Under the pieces are notes generated by a model. It saw nothing but the letters and a program-made list of their open reading frames with translations, was not told where the DNA came from and searched no databases. A stretch of DNA of 64,000 bases from Candidatus Palauibacter irciniicola. Lineage in GTDB: Bacteria; Gemmatimonadota; Gemmatimonadetes; Palauibacterales; Palauibacteraceae. The DNA lies in NCBI GenBank assembly GCA_009836005.1, contig VXWG01000010.1:69675-133674 (forward strand), given 5' to 3'. Below, piece after piece: positions 46,789 through 57,172 of the stretch. Position 1 is the stretch's first letter. Each line of letters begins with the position of its first letter. The position numbers and the translations under genes were made by a program.

Positions 46789-48813
46789 ATGCTGGAACAT
46801 CTGCTGGAGACCGAGGTGGCCAAGCGTCCGCCGACCGTGCGCTTCAAGGGCCGGATTCTCTTTCTCACCGAAGATCCGGACCTCATCCGCCGCCAGCTCG
46901 CGGGGGAGGACCTCGACTGGGATCCGTCGATCCCGCTGCGCGACGACATTTCGACCGATGAGATCACGCCCGGCTGGGTCTGCTACCACTTCGACGAGAA
47001 GTTGGGGGAATACCCCTACGTGGGACTTCTTTGCGGCGACGAACGCCCGATCGGCCGCAACGACATCCGGAAGGGCGGCTTCGTGTGCTCCGTGTCCGGG
47101 AAGAGGCGCGGGAAGGGGTCGAGCCGGGAGGCTTCGCCGTATGCCGAGCGCGCCGCCGGCCTCCGCGTCGTCATCGGGGAGAACATCGAGCGCATCTACG
47201 GTGAGAATTGCGCGAACATCGGCCTCCTCGCATCGACGGATTTCTCCCTCATCGAGAAGATCCGGCGCGGGGAGGAAATCCCGCTCGACGCGTTCATCGG
47301 AGACGCGGGGCGCATTCAGCGCGACATTATCGAGTACGGCGGGCTGCTCGACTACGCCGTGGCGAGGCTGAAAGGACTCGTCACCCTCCCGGGCATCACG
47401 ACCCCGGCGGACCGCCCGCAGACGATCGCGGAGAAGATCATCGCCCGGCACTGGGTCACCGACGCGGCCTCGGGCGCGCTGGGCGTTCCGGCCGTGGAAC
47501 CGGGCGACACCGGTTTCCTCCGGGCGGATCTTCGCTTCTCCCACGAGTACGTGACCCCGATGGCGTCGACGTTCTGGGAGGACTTCGCGGGCGACGCGGG
47601 ACTGAACCATACCGAATCCATCGTCTTCTTCCGGGACCACCTCGCGTTCCTCGACGAAGTCATCACGGAGGAGAGGAAGGCGGCCGGCCTGCTCGACGCG
47701 GCGCATGCGCTGCACGACCGGCAACGAGAGTTCGCGGCCGCGAAGGGCGTGCGCCTGCACGGCGAACTGCCCGACCGCACCGGGAGCGAGGGGATCTGCC
47801 ACATCATGGTGCAGGACCGCTACGCGCTCCCCGGCCAGATCATCATCGGCAGCGATTCGCACACCCCGCATGCAGGCGCGCTGGGATGCGTGGCCTTCGG
47901 CGTGGGGACGTCCGCGATCGTCAACGCCTGGGCGACCCGCGACGTTCGGCTGGAAGTGCCGGAGTCGATCCGGGTGAACATCACGGGCGCGCCGCCCGCC
48001 GGCGTCGTGGCGAAAGACCTGATCCTCGAACTGCTGCGTCACCCGACCGTCAAGAGCGGCGAGGCCATCGGCCGCATCATCGAATTCACGGGGGAGGCCG
48101 TGGAGGCGCTGTCCATCGACGAACGCGCGACGCTGACGAACATGGCGGCGGAGGTCGGGGGCTTCACCGGAATCATCGCCCCGGATGCGAAGACGGTGGC
48201 GTGGATCGCCGGACGGCGCGGCTTGGCGGTGGACGAGGTCCGGGCGCTGTGCGACGGACTGTACAGCGACGCGGGGGCGGACTACGCGGCGACGATCGAG
48301 ATGGACGCGGGCGGTATCGAACCGATGGTCGCGACCCCGGGCGATCCCGGAAACGGCGTGCCCGTCTCGGCCCTCGAAGGAGACGTGAGTCTGGACACCG
48401 TGTTCGTCGGGGCCTGCACCGGCGCGAAGCGGGCGGACTTCGAGATGTATGCCGCGGTGGCGCGGGAGGCGGTGGCGGCGGGGAAGCGCGTGCCCGCGTC
48501 CGTCCGCGCCTATGCCCAGTACGGTTCCATCGACGTGGAGGCGTGGAGCCGGGAACAGGGCCACGACCGGGCGCTCCGGGATGCGGGATTCGATGTCCTC
48601 GCTCCCGGCTGCGGAGCCTGCATCAACGCGGGGCCCGGGGTGTCGACGACGAAGGAGCAGGTCACGGTCAGTTCCATCAACCGGAACTTCCCCGGCCGCA
48701 GTGGACCGGGGCAGGTGTACCTGGCAAGTCCGTTGACGTGCGTGGCCTCGGCGATCGAGGGAAGAATCGTCGCGTACGGGAATCAGGCGTGGAGCCGCGG
48801 GGCCGCCCGCTAG
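46789..48813 (+). CDS. aconitase-family hydratase with an N-terminal swivel (LeuD-like) domain followed by LeuC/aconitase catalytic domains (AcnB-like domain order, no HEAT domain)
   Basis: The N-terminal half contains GKGSSREASPYAERAAGLRVVIGENIERIYGENCANIGLL (swivel-domain signature). The C-terminal half contains IIGSDSHTPHAGALGCVAFGVGTS and the Fe-S ligand cysteines (CTGAKRAD; CGACINAGPG). A GGGAG RBS precedes the ATG at 46789; an alternative ATG at 46735 exists. Confidence 0.75.
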   Translation: MLEHLLETEVAKRPPTVRFKGRILFLTEDPDLIRRQLAGEDLDWDPSIPLRDDISTDEITPGWVCYHFDEKLGEYPYVGLLCGDERPIGRNDIRKGGFVCSVSGKRRGKGSSREASPYAERAAGLRVVIGENIERIYGENCANIGLLASTDFSLIEKIRRGEEIPLDAFIGDAGRIQRDIIEYGGLLDYAVARLKGLVTLPGITTPADRPQTIAEKIIARHWVTDAASGALGVPAVEPGDTGFLRADLRFSHEYVTPMASTFWEDFAGDAGLNHTESIVFFRDHLAFLDEVITEERKAAGLLDAAHALHDRQREFAAAKGVRLHGELPDRTGSEGICHIMVQDRYALPGQIIIGSDSHTPHAGALGCVAFGVGTSAIVNAWATRDVRLEVPESIRVNITGAPPAGVVAKDLILELLRHPTVKSGEAIGRIIEFTGEAVEALSIDERATLTNMAAEVGGFTGIIAPDAKTVAWIAGRRGLAVDEVRALCDGLYSDAGADYAATIEMDAGGIEPMVATPGDPGNGVPVSALEGDVSLDTVFVGACTGAKRADFEMYAAVAREAVAAGKRVPASVRAYAQYGSIDVEAWSREQGHDRALRDAGFDVLAPGCGACINAGPGVSTTKEQVTVSSINRNFPGRSGPGQVYLASPLTCVASAIEGRIVAYGNQAWSRGAAR

Positions 48814-48831
48814 ACGAGGGCGAGGTTCGGG

Positions 48832-51556
48832 CTAGACCGGCTCGACCCTCACGGGGCAGACCTTCAACTCGGCCGTGTGCGTGATCGGGTCGTAGCCGCC
48901 TCCGGTGAGGAAGTTCACCGGCACGTCGTTGAAGCTGAATGACGCGAACACGGTCCCGGGCGGGGATCGGTCGTTCGCCTCGACCTTGATCCGCACCTCG
49001 CCGCGCGGGCTCGACATCATGGCCCAGCCGCCGTCCTCGAGACCCCATTTCGACACGTCGGTCGGGTGCATCTCGAGGCGCTCTTCCGACAGCAGGTACT
49101 CGATCCCCGCCGCACGCCCCGTCTGCGTTCTCGTGTGATAGGCCGGCAGTCGGCGCCCCGTCGTAAGCCAGATCGGGTATTCCTCCGAGATCGTCTCCGC
49201 CGGATCCCGGTACCGGATCAACTGGAAGATCCCGCGCCCGTTCTCGAACTCGCCCTGGTGAAGGATGGGCGTGCCGGGGTGACCCCGCTCCGGCACCGGC
49301 CAGTGGTACTCGCCGTGCTCGATGACGTCCCAGTCCAGGCCGGCGTAGATCGGCGAGAGCGAGCAGAGTTCGTTGAACACCTGCTTGGCCGACTCGAACT
49401 CGAAGCCCTTCAACCCCATGCGCTGCGCGATACGGGACACGCACCACCAGTCGGGCTTCGCCTCGCCCGGCGGGTCCACCGCCTTCCGCAGACGCTGAAC
49501 GCGCCGCTCCGTGTTGGAGCACACGCCGTCCGTCTCCGCCCACGCGGTGGCCGGGAGCACGACATCGGCCAGCTGCGCCGTCTCGGTGAGGAAGATGTCG
49601 ATCACCACGAGGTGGTCGAGACTCCTGAGCGCATGCTCGCAATGCTCCCGGTCGGGGTCCGTGACGACAGTGTTCTCGCCGTTGATGATCATGGCGCGGA
49701 TCCGGTCGCCGCACATGTCGAGTGCCGTGACCTTCGTGGGCCCCAGTTCCAGGTCGACCTCCCGACCGTAGGCGGCGGCGAACTTCGCCTGGTACGCCGG
49801 GTCGAGTACGTCCTGGAAGCCGGGGTAGTTGTTCGGCAGCGCCCCGGAGTCTCCCGCGCCCTGGATGTTGTTCTGGCCGCGCATCGGATTGATCCCGGTC
49901 CCCTCGCGGCCGACGTTGCCGGTCATGAGGGCGAGATTGCAGAGACTCTGCACGTTGTCCACGCCGCAGATGTGCTCCGTGATCCCGAGCGTGTAGTAGA
50001 TTGCTCCGCGTTCGGCCTTCGCATACCAGCGCGCCGCCTCCGCGATCAACTTCGCGTCCACCCCGGTGATGGACTCGGCCCATTCCGGCGGGTATTCCAG
50101 GACGTGCTCCACGAAGTCCCGGCCTTCCGTCGTGCGCGCGGCGACGAAGTCCTCGTCCATCAGTCCCTCGCGCGCGATCACGTGGGCCATGCCGAGCAGG
50201 AGCGCGACATCGGATCCCACCCTCAGCGGCAGGTAGATGTCGGCCATCTCGGCCAGCGCAATCCGTCTCGGATCGGCAACGATGAGCTTGGCGCCCTGGG
50301 CCACGGCGCGCTTGATACGGGTGGCCGCAACGGGATGGCACTCGGTCATGTTGGTCCCGATACAGAAGATCACATCGGGCTTATCCATGTCCGCGAGTGG
50401 ATTCGACATCGCCCCCCGTCCGATAGAGGCCGCCAGACCGGCGACCGTGGGAGCGTGTCAAGCACGGCTGCAGTTGTCGATCTGGTTCGTACCGAACGCG
50501 CCTCGGATGAACCGCTGCATCATGTAGGCGGCTTCGTGCGGCGCACGTCCGGAGGCGACGCCGTACACCGAATGCCTGCCGTGATTCTCCACCGCCGCCG
50601 TGAACCCCGCCGCCGCGCGGTCGAGGGCCGTGTCCCAGTCGGTTTCGTGGAGTTCGCCGTCCTCGCCCCGCACCATCGGATAGGCCAGCCGGTCGGGGTG
50701 CTGCACGAAGTCGAACGCGAACTGCCCCTTGACGCAGAGCGCGCCCTCGTTGGCGGGCCCATCCATCGCCGGCTGGACGCCGATCAGCTTGTCGCCCCGC
50801 GACATCAGGTCGACGGCACACCCGACGCCGCAGTACGGGCAGACGGTCCGCGTCTTCTCGGTCTCGCCCGGCACGTCCGCGTTCGCGAGCGCCTTGATGT
50901 CGGCGAGGGCTCCGGTCGGGCAGGTCTGCACGCACTGCCCGCAGAACGTGCACGCCGAGTCTCCCAGCAGGCCCTCGAACTCCGTGGTGATCTGCGTCTC
51001 GAATCCGCGGTTCATGACCGAGATCGCGTAGTCGCCCTCCTGCTCGGCGCACACCCGCACGCAGCGGTAGCAGGAGATGCAGTTCTCGTAGTCTCGGAGG
51101 ATGAAGGGGTTGTCGTCGTCCGGCCGGCTGCGGCCGGACCTGGCCCCGGCGAAGCGGCCCGTCCGGGCGTCGTAGCGGTCGAGCAGGACCGCCATCTCCT
51201 GCGAGGCGTATCCGGAGAGCGGGTCGACATCCATGTCGCGGTTCTCGGAGGCGACCATCTCCATCAGCACGCGGCGGTGCATGTCGAGCCGCGCCGATCG
51301 GGTCGTGATCCGCATCCCGGGCTCCGCCCGCATGGTGCAGGAGGCGACCGGGTTGCGGGCGCCGTCGAGTTCCACGATGCAGAGGCGGCAGCCGCCGAAG
51401 GCTTCCAGGCGCGGATCGTAGCACAGCGTCGGGATCTCCTTGCGGTGCCGCTCGGAGACCTCGTACAGGCTCTCGCCCCGACGGACGCCGACCTTCTCGC
51501 CGTCGAGCGTGATCTCGAAGTCGAAGCCCGTGCCGTTGCCCGAATTGTCGCTCAAA
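48832..51556 (-). CDS. fdhA: NAD-dependent formate dehydrogenase catalytic (alpha) subunit, a selenoprotein: in-frame TGA (Sec) at 50458-50460
   Basis: The N-terminal part (2Fe-2S and 4Fe-4S domains, ...GTNQIDNCSRA) ends at a TGA. The downstream ORF continues in the same frame (HAPTVAGLAASIGRGAMSNPLADMDKPDVIFCIGTNMTECHPV), aligning with E. coli FdhF CARV-U-HGPSVAGL....DLVFVFGYNPADSHPI. The likely start is TTG at 51556 with a GGAGG RBS; the ORF upstream of that is Arg-rich. Confidence 0.8.
50413..50457 (-). other. bacterial SECIS-like element immediately 3' of the UGA-Sec codon
   Basis: mRNA: UGA CA[CGCUCCC]ACG[GGUCGCC]GGUCU[GGCGGCC]UCUAUCGGAC[GGGGGCG]. This is a two-tier hairpin with an apical GGUCU(G) loop like the E. 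coli fdhF SECIS, starting 2 nt after the UGA. Confidence 0.6.
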
Positions 51557-51680
51557 CCCACCTCCGGAGGCAGGTGTCGTGTCCCGACCCCGCACCGCTG
51601 GAAACTGCCGGGCCCACTAACATGATGCGCCGCGCGCGCGGCGACAAATCCGGTCGCCGCCCCCCTGTCCGGAATCTCCG

Positions 51681-53381
51681 CTAGACGGACTGAGCGACGT
51701 GCCGGGAGACGCGATCCGGGAAGTAGCGGATCAGGCTCTCCGTGATGAGCGGGGCCGCCTGTCCGAGGCCGCACGCGCTCGTCTGCATCATCGTGTCGCC
51801 CAGATCGTGCACCTCGTCGATCCAGGCGCCGATGTCGGGCGGGCCGTCGCCGTGCAGGCGCTCCGTCAGGCGCTGCGTGCCGATGCGGCAGGGGAAGCAC
51901 TTGCCGCAGGATTCCTCGGCGAAGAACTCCATGGCGGAATGCGCGACCTCGATCATGTCCCGCGAGTCGTCGAACACCATGATGCCGCCCGCCCCCAGAA
52001 AAGACCCCTTCGAGCGGATGTCGGGCTCGTCCAGCGTGACGTCGAGCGCCTCGCCCGCCAGGAAGCCGCCCGAGAGCCCCGCCATCGTCACCGCCTGGAT
52101 CTTCCGTCCGCCCGGCACGCCGCCGGCCCAGTCGTCGATCAGCGTCATCAGCGGGAAGCCCATCGGTACTTCGTAGTTGCCGGGGCGGGCGACGTCCCCG
52201 GAGAGCGAGATCACCTTCGTGCCCGCGTGGTCGCCGATCCCGAGCCCGCGGTACCAGTCGGCGCCGTGCACGAGGATATGGGGCACGGACGCCAGCGTTT
52301 CGACGTTGTTCACGACCGTGGGAAGGTCTTCGTACCCGTGCGTCACCGGGAAGGGCGGCCGGTTGCGCGGGAACGGGTGCTTGCCCTCGAGGCTGTTGAG
52401 AAGAGACGTCTCCTCGCCGCAGATGTAGGCGCCCGCGCCGCGGCGCACCCAGAGGTCGAACGGTCGTCCGGGCCCCAGGGCATCCGGCCCCAGCAGCCCG
52501 GCGTCGCGGGCCTCTTCCAGGGCCGTCTCCAGGATGTGCAGCGTATCCGGATATTCGTAGCGAAGGTAGATGAATCCCCGCATGGCGCCCGTCGCGAAGC
52601 CGGCGGCGATCATCCCTTCGATCACCGCGTGCGGGTCGTAGTCCATCAGCGCCCGGTCCTTGAAGCAGCCCGGCTCCCCCTCGTCCGCGTTACAGACGAT
52701 GGTCCTGGGCTCGCCCGCGGCCTCCGCCACCGCCCGCCACTTGCGTCCGGTGGGGAAGCCGGCGCCGCCACGCCCCGCCAGGCCGCTGGCGTCGATGATG
52801 TCGAGGAGCGCATCGGGCCGCCCGCGGAGGGCGTTCTCGAGGCCGGCATAGCCGCCCGACGCCCGATAGCCCGCCAGCGTCGCGCGTCCGGGAGTCCGAA
52901 TGTGCGCGAACACGCATTCCTCAACGTCCGGGTGTGGAGCGGGAGGGAGAGGCGAGGGTCGGGAGGCGAGTTCCGCGACCGTGGTTCCGCAGAGGACGCG
53001 GTCCCGGTCCAGGACCGGAATCGGCTCATCGCAGCGGCCGGGGCAGGGCATCGCCTGGGCGTTCGGCAGCCCGGCCAGCAGTTCGTTCGCCCCGGCCAGC
53101 GCGCAGATCGGCCCCGTGCAGACGCGGGCGCGAGCGTAGCCGTCGGGGTCACGGGAAAAGTGGTGGTAGAAGGTTATCGTCCCGAAGAGATCGGCGATCG
53201 GAATCCGCAGGTCCTCGGAGATGGCTCTGAGGGACTCCTCGGAGAGAAACCCATCCCTCTCGTGGAATTCGTGCAGCAGCGGAAGCAGGGGAGCCGGTCG
53301 TGCCCGCCATTTCGCGAGCAGATCCGCGTCCGAGGGCATGTTCATGCCGTCATAGTTACCCGCAGACGCGAATAGCGGCAA
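51681..53381 (-). CDS. NAD-dependent formate dehydrogenase diaphorase subunit, fused NuoE-like (2Fe-2S) plus NuoF-like (FMN/NADH, 4Fe-4S) (FdsGB fusion)
   Basis: The N-terminal thioredoxin-like 2Fe-2S motif is CTGPICALAG...CPGRC. The C-terminal 51-kDa motifs are GRGGAGFPTGRKW and ESCGKCFPCRIG. Confidence 0.9.
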   Translation of the reverse strand: MPLFASAGNYDGMNMPSDADLLAKWRARPAPLLPLLHEFHERDGFLSEESLRAISEDLRIPIADLFGTITFYHHFSRDPDGYARARVCTGPICALAGANELLAGLPNAQAMPCPGRCDEPIPVLDRDRVLCGTTVAELASRPSPLPPAPHPDVEECVFAHIRTPGRATLAGYRASGGYAGLENALRGRPDALLDIIDASGLAGRGGAGFPTGRKWRAVAEAAGEPRTIVCNADEGEPGCFKDRALMDYDPHAVIEGMIAAGFATGAMRGFIYLRYEYPDTLHILETALEEARDAGLLGPDALGPGRPFDLWVRRGAGAYICGEETSLLNSLEGKHPFPRNRPPFPVTHGYEDLPTVVNNVETLASVPHILVHGADWYRGLGIGDHAGTKVISLSGDVARPGNYEVPMGFPLMTLIDDWAGGVPGGRKIQAVTMAGLSGGFLAGEALDVTLDEPDIRSKGSFLGAGGIMVFDDSRDMIEVAHSAMEFFAEESCGKCFPCRIGTQRLTERLHGDGPPDIGAWIDEVHDLGDTMMQTSACGLGQAAPLITESLIRYFPDRVSRHVAQSV

Positions 53382-53463
53382 ACGACCGTGCAGCCTCGGC
53401 GTCGAGTGCGACGGTCGACGGAGCGCTTGCTACACCTGGCGGTCGACACCGTAACTTTGGCCC

Positions 53464-54300
53464 ATGATTACGCCCCGAAGAAACACCGCCCGGGTCGACA
53501 TCGATCGCGTGTCCAAAGCCTCGAGCCGGAGGCGGCGCGACGCCGTCGCGGTCGAAGAACCGCTCGAGATCCGGATCGCGCCCGCGGACGGAGGAGAACA
53601 CCAGGTGGCCGTGACGATGCGCACGCCGGGGGATGACTTCGACCTCACGGCCGGGTTCCTCTTCTCGGAGGGGCTGCTCGGACAGCGGTCCGATATCGCC
53701 GACCTGCGGTACTGCGTCGACGTGGAGACGCAGGAATACAACATCGTCACCGCGCATCTGAGCGAGACGGCGCGCTTCGACCCGGCGGAGCTGACCCGGA
53801 ACTTCTATACGACATCGAGTTGCGGCGTCTGCGGAAAGGCGTCGCTCGAGGCGATCGAGATTCGCGGCTGTGCGCCCGTGCCGGCCGAGGGTCCGACGAT
53901 CGCGGCCGAGACTGTGCGCAGCCTCCCTGGAGCGCTTCGCCGCCGCCAGCCGGTGTTCGAACGGACGGGCGGGCTGCACGCGGCCGGCCTGTTCGACACG
54001 GCAGGTGAACTGCGCCTCCTGCGCGAAGACATCGGGCGCCACAACGCGCTCGACAAGGTGATCGGCGACCGGTTCCTCCAGGAAGCTCTGCCCCTGGGCG
54101 ACACGGTGCTGGCCGTGAGCGGCCGGGCTTCCTTCGAGATCATGCAGAAGGCGCTCGCGGCCGGAATCCCGATCGTCGCGGCCGTGGGCGCCCCCTCGAG
54201 CCTCGCCGTCGACGTGGCCGGAGAGTTCGGTATGACGCTGATCGGCTTCGCGAAGCCAACGGGATTCAACATCTACACCGGGCGTCACCGCGTCGACTGA
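53464..54300 (+). CDS. fdhD: formate dehydrogenase accessory sulfurtransferase FdhD
   Basis: It has the SCGVCGK active-site cysteine motif and the GGLHAAGLFD region. It is divergent from the fds operon. Confidence 0.9.
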   Translation: MITPRRNTARVDIDRVSKASSRRRRDAVAVEEPLEIRIAPADGGEHQVAVTMRTPGDDFDLTAGFLFSEGLLGQRSDIADLRYCVDVETQEYNIVTAHLSETARFDPAELTRNFYTTSSCGVCGKASLEAIEIRGCAPVPAEGPTIAAETVRSLPGALRRRQPVFERTGGLHAAGLFDTAGELRLLREDIGRHNALDKVIGDRFLQEALPLGDTVLAVSGRASFEIMQKALAAGIPIVAAVGAPSSLAVDVAGEFGMTLIGFAKPTGFNIYTGRHRVD

Positions 54301-54342
54301 GGAACCGCATCCACCCCGGTCCCCTCCCGCGGGGGCCGATCC

Positions 54343-55830
54343 TCAGGGCGGCAGCGCGCGCCCGATCCGGAGCGCGAGGTCGACGGCCGACTTCCGCCAT
54401 CCCGTCAGCGTCGACCGGCGGTAGGCGTCGGCGGTACGCTTCACCCCCTCGCTCATCGTCGGGTACGGATGGACCAGCGACGCGAGCGTCCCCAGCTTCA
54501 CCCCCGCCTTCATCGCGAGCGAGATCTCCGCAATCATCGTCCCCGCGTCGGGCGCCAGGATGTGCCCGCCCAGAATCCGGCCTCCCTTTCCGACGACGAT
54601 CTTCACGCGGCCCATGGCGGCGCGCTCGGCGATCGCCCGGTCGAGGTTCCCGATGTCGTAGACGTGGGCGGACACCGAGTCCCCGTGCCGGTCGCGCGCC
54701 TCGGCTTCGGTGAGGCCGACGTGCGCGAGTTCGGGGTCGGTATAGGTGCACCACGGAATCACGCGGTAGTCAATGTTCGCGCGGACGGGGAAGAGCGCGT
54801 TCTGGACCACGGTGCGCGCTTCGTGGTCGGCGACGTGCGTGAACAGGAATCCGCCGGTCACATCGCCGGCCGCGAAGATGTGCTTGCGGGAGGTGCGGAG
54901 TCTGGCGTCGACGGTGACCCAGCCTCCGGCCGTCTCGACCCCCGCGGCGTCCAGCCCCAGATCCTCCGTGTTGGGCGCGCGCCCCGCGGCGACCAGGACC
55001 TCGTCGACTTCGAGCGTCTCCGCACGCTCCTCCGCGCTCCGCCCTTCCTCCGCGGTCGCGGGGGGCGCGATCGTCACCCGCCGACGGTGCCCCGTGCGGT
55101 CGACACGCGTCACGATACGACCCGTCCGGATGCGGATACCTTCTTCCCGCAGCCTGCTCGTCAGCAGGTCCGCGAGTTCGGGCTCCTCGCGCACCATGAG
55201 CCGGTCGAGCAGTTCGACGACCGTGACCTCGGTCCCGAGACGGCGATACGCCTGCGCGAGTTCGACGCCGATCGGCCCGCCGCCGACCACCGCGAGCGAG
55301 GCGGGGATCGTGTCCCGGTCGAACGCCTCCGCATGCGTGAAGTAACCCGCCTCCTCGAGTCCCGGAATCGGAGGCACCGCGGCTCGGGAGCCGGTGGCGA
55401 TCACGAAGCGCCGCGCGCGGAGGCGCCGGCCATCCACCTCGACTTCATGCGGAGAGACAAAACGCGCCGCCCCCTCGACCACATCGACGCCCATGGCGCG
55501 AAAACGCTCCGGATCGTCGTGCGGCTCGATCTGCGCGCGGACGTCGCGGACGCTCGAGAGCACGTCGGTGGCTTCGATCTCCTGCCGCGGTATCCCGAGC
55601 CCGAAAGAGGCCGCGTCGCGAACGTGCCGGGCCACCCGGGCCGAGCCGATGAGCGCCTTGGAAGGCACGCATCCCGTCCACAGGCAGTCGCCGCCCAGGC
55701 GGTCGCGCTCGATCAGGGCCACGCTCGCGCCCAGCCCCGCGCTGCCGGCCGCCGTCACGAGACCCGCGGTACCTCCGCCGATGGCGACGATGTCGAACGT
55801 CCGGTCTCGAACCACGTTGCTCCTCCCCAT
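54343..55830 (-). CDS. class I pyridine nucleotide-disulfide oxidoreductase (dihydrolipoyl dehydrogenase / mercuric reductase-like)
   Basis: FAD motif DIVAIGGGTAGL, the redox-active disulfide GGDCLWTGCVPSK, an NAD motif VVGGGPIGVELA, and a C-terminal dimerisation His-Pro-E region (HPYPTMSE). Confidence 0.85.
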   Translation of the reverse strand: MGRSNVVRDRTFDIVAIGGGTAGLVTAAGSAGLGASVALIERDRLGGDCLWTGCVPSKALIGSARVARHVRDAASFGLGIPRQEIEATDVLSSVRDVRAQIEPHDDPERFRAMGVDVVEGAARFVSPHEVEVDGRRLRARRFVIATGSRAAVPPIPGLEEAGYFTHAEAFDRDTIPASLAVVGGGPIGVELAQAYRRLGTEVTVVELLDRLMVREEPELADLLTSRLREEGIRIRTGRIVTRVDRTGHRRRVTIAPPATAEEGRSAEERAETLEVDEVLVAAGRAPNTEDLGLDAAGVETAGGWVTVDARLRTSRKHIFAAGDVTGGFLFTHVADHEARTVVQNALFPVRANIDYRVIPWCTYTDPELAHVGLTEAEARDRHGDSVSAHVYDIGNLDRAIAERAAMGRVKIVVGKGGRILGGHILAPDAGTMIAEISLAMKAGVKLGTLASLVHPYPTMSEGVKRTADAYRRSTLTGWRKSAVDLALRIGRALPP

Positions 55831-55908
55831 GGAAGGTGATCGATTTCACCGGGCCACCATGGCCGTTTTTCCTTGCCGGGCGTCCCGATTCCCGCTTAGC
55901 TTCGCTTC

Positions 55909-57156
55909 GTGCAGAATCCTACATCCCAAGCTGCGGTGTCCCGGTCGGGCTCAATGAAAAGCCGCGTCCAACCGCCTTCGATCCTTGCCAAGTGTCGTGA
56001 ACTAGCGACCGTGCACGACCTCCGCGAGGCCGGTCTCTATCCGTACTTCATGCCCATCGAGGCTTCTCATGACACTTGGGTCGTCATCGACGGCGCCCGC
56101 AAGATCATGGTGGGCTCCAACAACTACATGGGACTCACGCACGATCCGCGCGTTCTCGAGGCGGCCCGCGAGGCCCTCAACAAGTTTGGAAGCGGCAATA
56201 CGGGCAGCCGCTTCCTCAACGGCAACCTCGATCTTCATGAGCAACTCGAGGCCGAACTCGCCGAATTCACCGGCATGGAGGCCGCGCTCGTATTCTCGAC
56301 CGGCTACCAGACGAATCTGGGCACGCTGGGCGCGTTGATCGGTCGCGCGGACACCGTCTACATCGACAAGCTGGACCACGCCAGCCTCCAGGACGGCGTA
56401 CGCCTGGGGCTCGGCCGCACGCGCCGCTTCAACCACAACGACTTCGCGACCCTGCGCCGCATGCTCGAGGCCGAGACGCCCTCGCGCGGCAAGCTCATCG
56501 CGGTGGACGGCGTGTACAGCATGGAAGGCGACATCGCCGATCTGCCCACGCTGGTCGAACTGAGGCGAGAGTACGACGCGGCCATCCTGGTGGATGACGC
56601 GCATGCCGTGGGCGTTCTGGGCGAGACCGGGGCCGGGACCGCCGAGCACTGGGGGCTCACCGATGAGGTGGACCTGATCCTCGGCACGTTCTCCAAATCC
56701 TTCGCCTCGATCGGCGGCTTCGTGGCGGGCCGCGCCGATGTGATCGACTACCTCCAGCACAACGCCCGCGCCCTCATGTTCAGCGCGAGCATGCCTCCCG
56801 CCTCCGCCGCCACCGTGCTGAAGGCGCTGGAGATCATCCGCGATGAACCGGAGCGCCGGGAGCAGCTCTGGAAGAACACGCACAGGATGATGGAGGGCTT
56901 CAAGTCGATCGGGTTCGACATCGGGCCGACCGAGACCCCGATCGTCCCCATTCTCATCGGGCCCATGGAGAAGACCTTCGTGTTCTGGCGCGCTCTGTTC
57001 GAAGCGGGCGTCTTCACGAACCCGGTCGTCCCCCCCGCGGTGCCCGAGGGGAGTTGCCGCCTGCGCACGAGCTACATGGCCACGCACTCGGACGACGACC
57101 TCGATTTCGTGCTCGAACAGGTGGAGCGCGTGGGGAAGAAGCTCGGCGTCGTCTGA
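55909..57156 (+). CDS. spt: serine palmitoyltransferase (alpha-oxoamine synthase family, Spt-type)
   Basis: It is near-identical in key blocks to Sphingomonas Spt: IMVGSNNYMGLTHDPRVLEAAREALNKFGSGNTGSRFLNG, VFSTGYQTNLG, VDGVYSMEGDIADL, and the PLP-Lys motif GTFSKSFASIGGFV. BioF and Kbl instead have GTLSKA / GTLGKA. FSASMPPASAA is also present. Confidence 0.85.
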   Translation: MQNPTSQAAVSRSGSMKSRVQPPSILAKCRELATVHDLREAGLYPYFMPIEASHDTWVVIDGARKIMVGSNNYMGLTHDPRVLEAAREALNKFGSGNTGSRFLNGNLDLHEQLEAELAEFTGMEAALVFSTGYQTNLGTLGALIGRADTVYIDKLDHASLQDGVRLGLGRTRRFNHNDFATLRRMLEAETPSRGKLIAVDGVYSMEGDIADLPTLVELRREYDAAILVDDAHAVGVLGETGAGTAEHWGLTDEVDLILGTFSKSFASIGGFVAGRADVIDYLQHNARALMFSASMPPASAATVLKALEIIRDEPERREQLWKNTHRMMEGFKSIGFDIGPTETPIVPILIGPMEKTFVFWRALFEAGVFTNPVVPPAVPEGSCRLRTSYMATHSDDDLDFVLEQVERVGKKLGVV

Positions 57157-57172
57157 ACCGGCGCCTCCCATC

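Noticed and set aside
50410-50457. Interpretation of the FdhA break as a frameshift or pseudogene
   Set aside because: The two ORFs are in the same frame. They are separated only by a single TGA at the exact position of selenocysteine in FdhF-type enzymes, and a SECIS-like hairpin follows.
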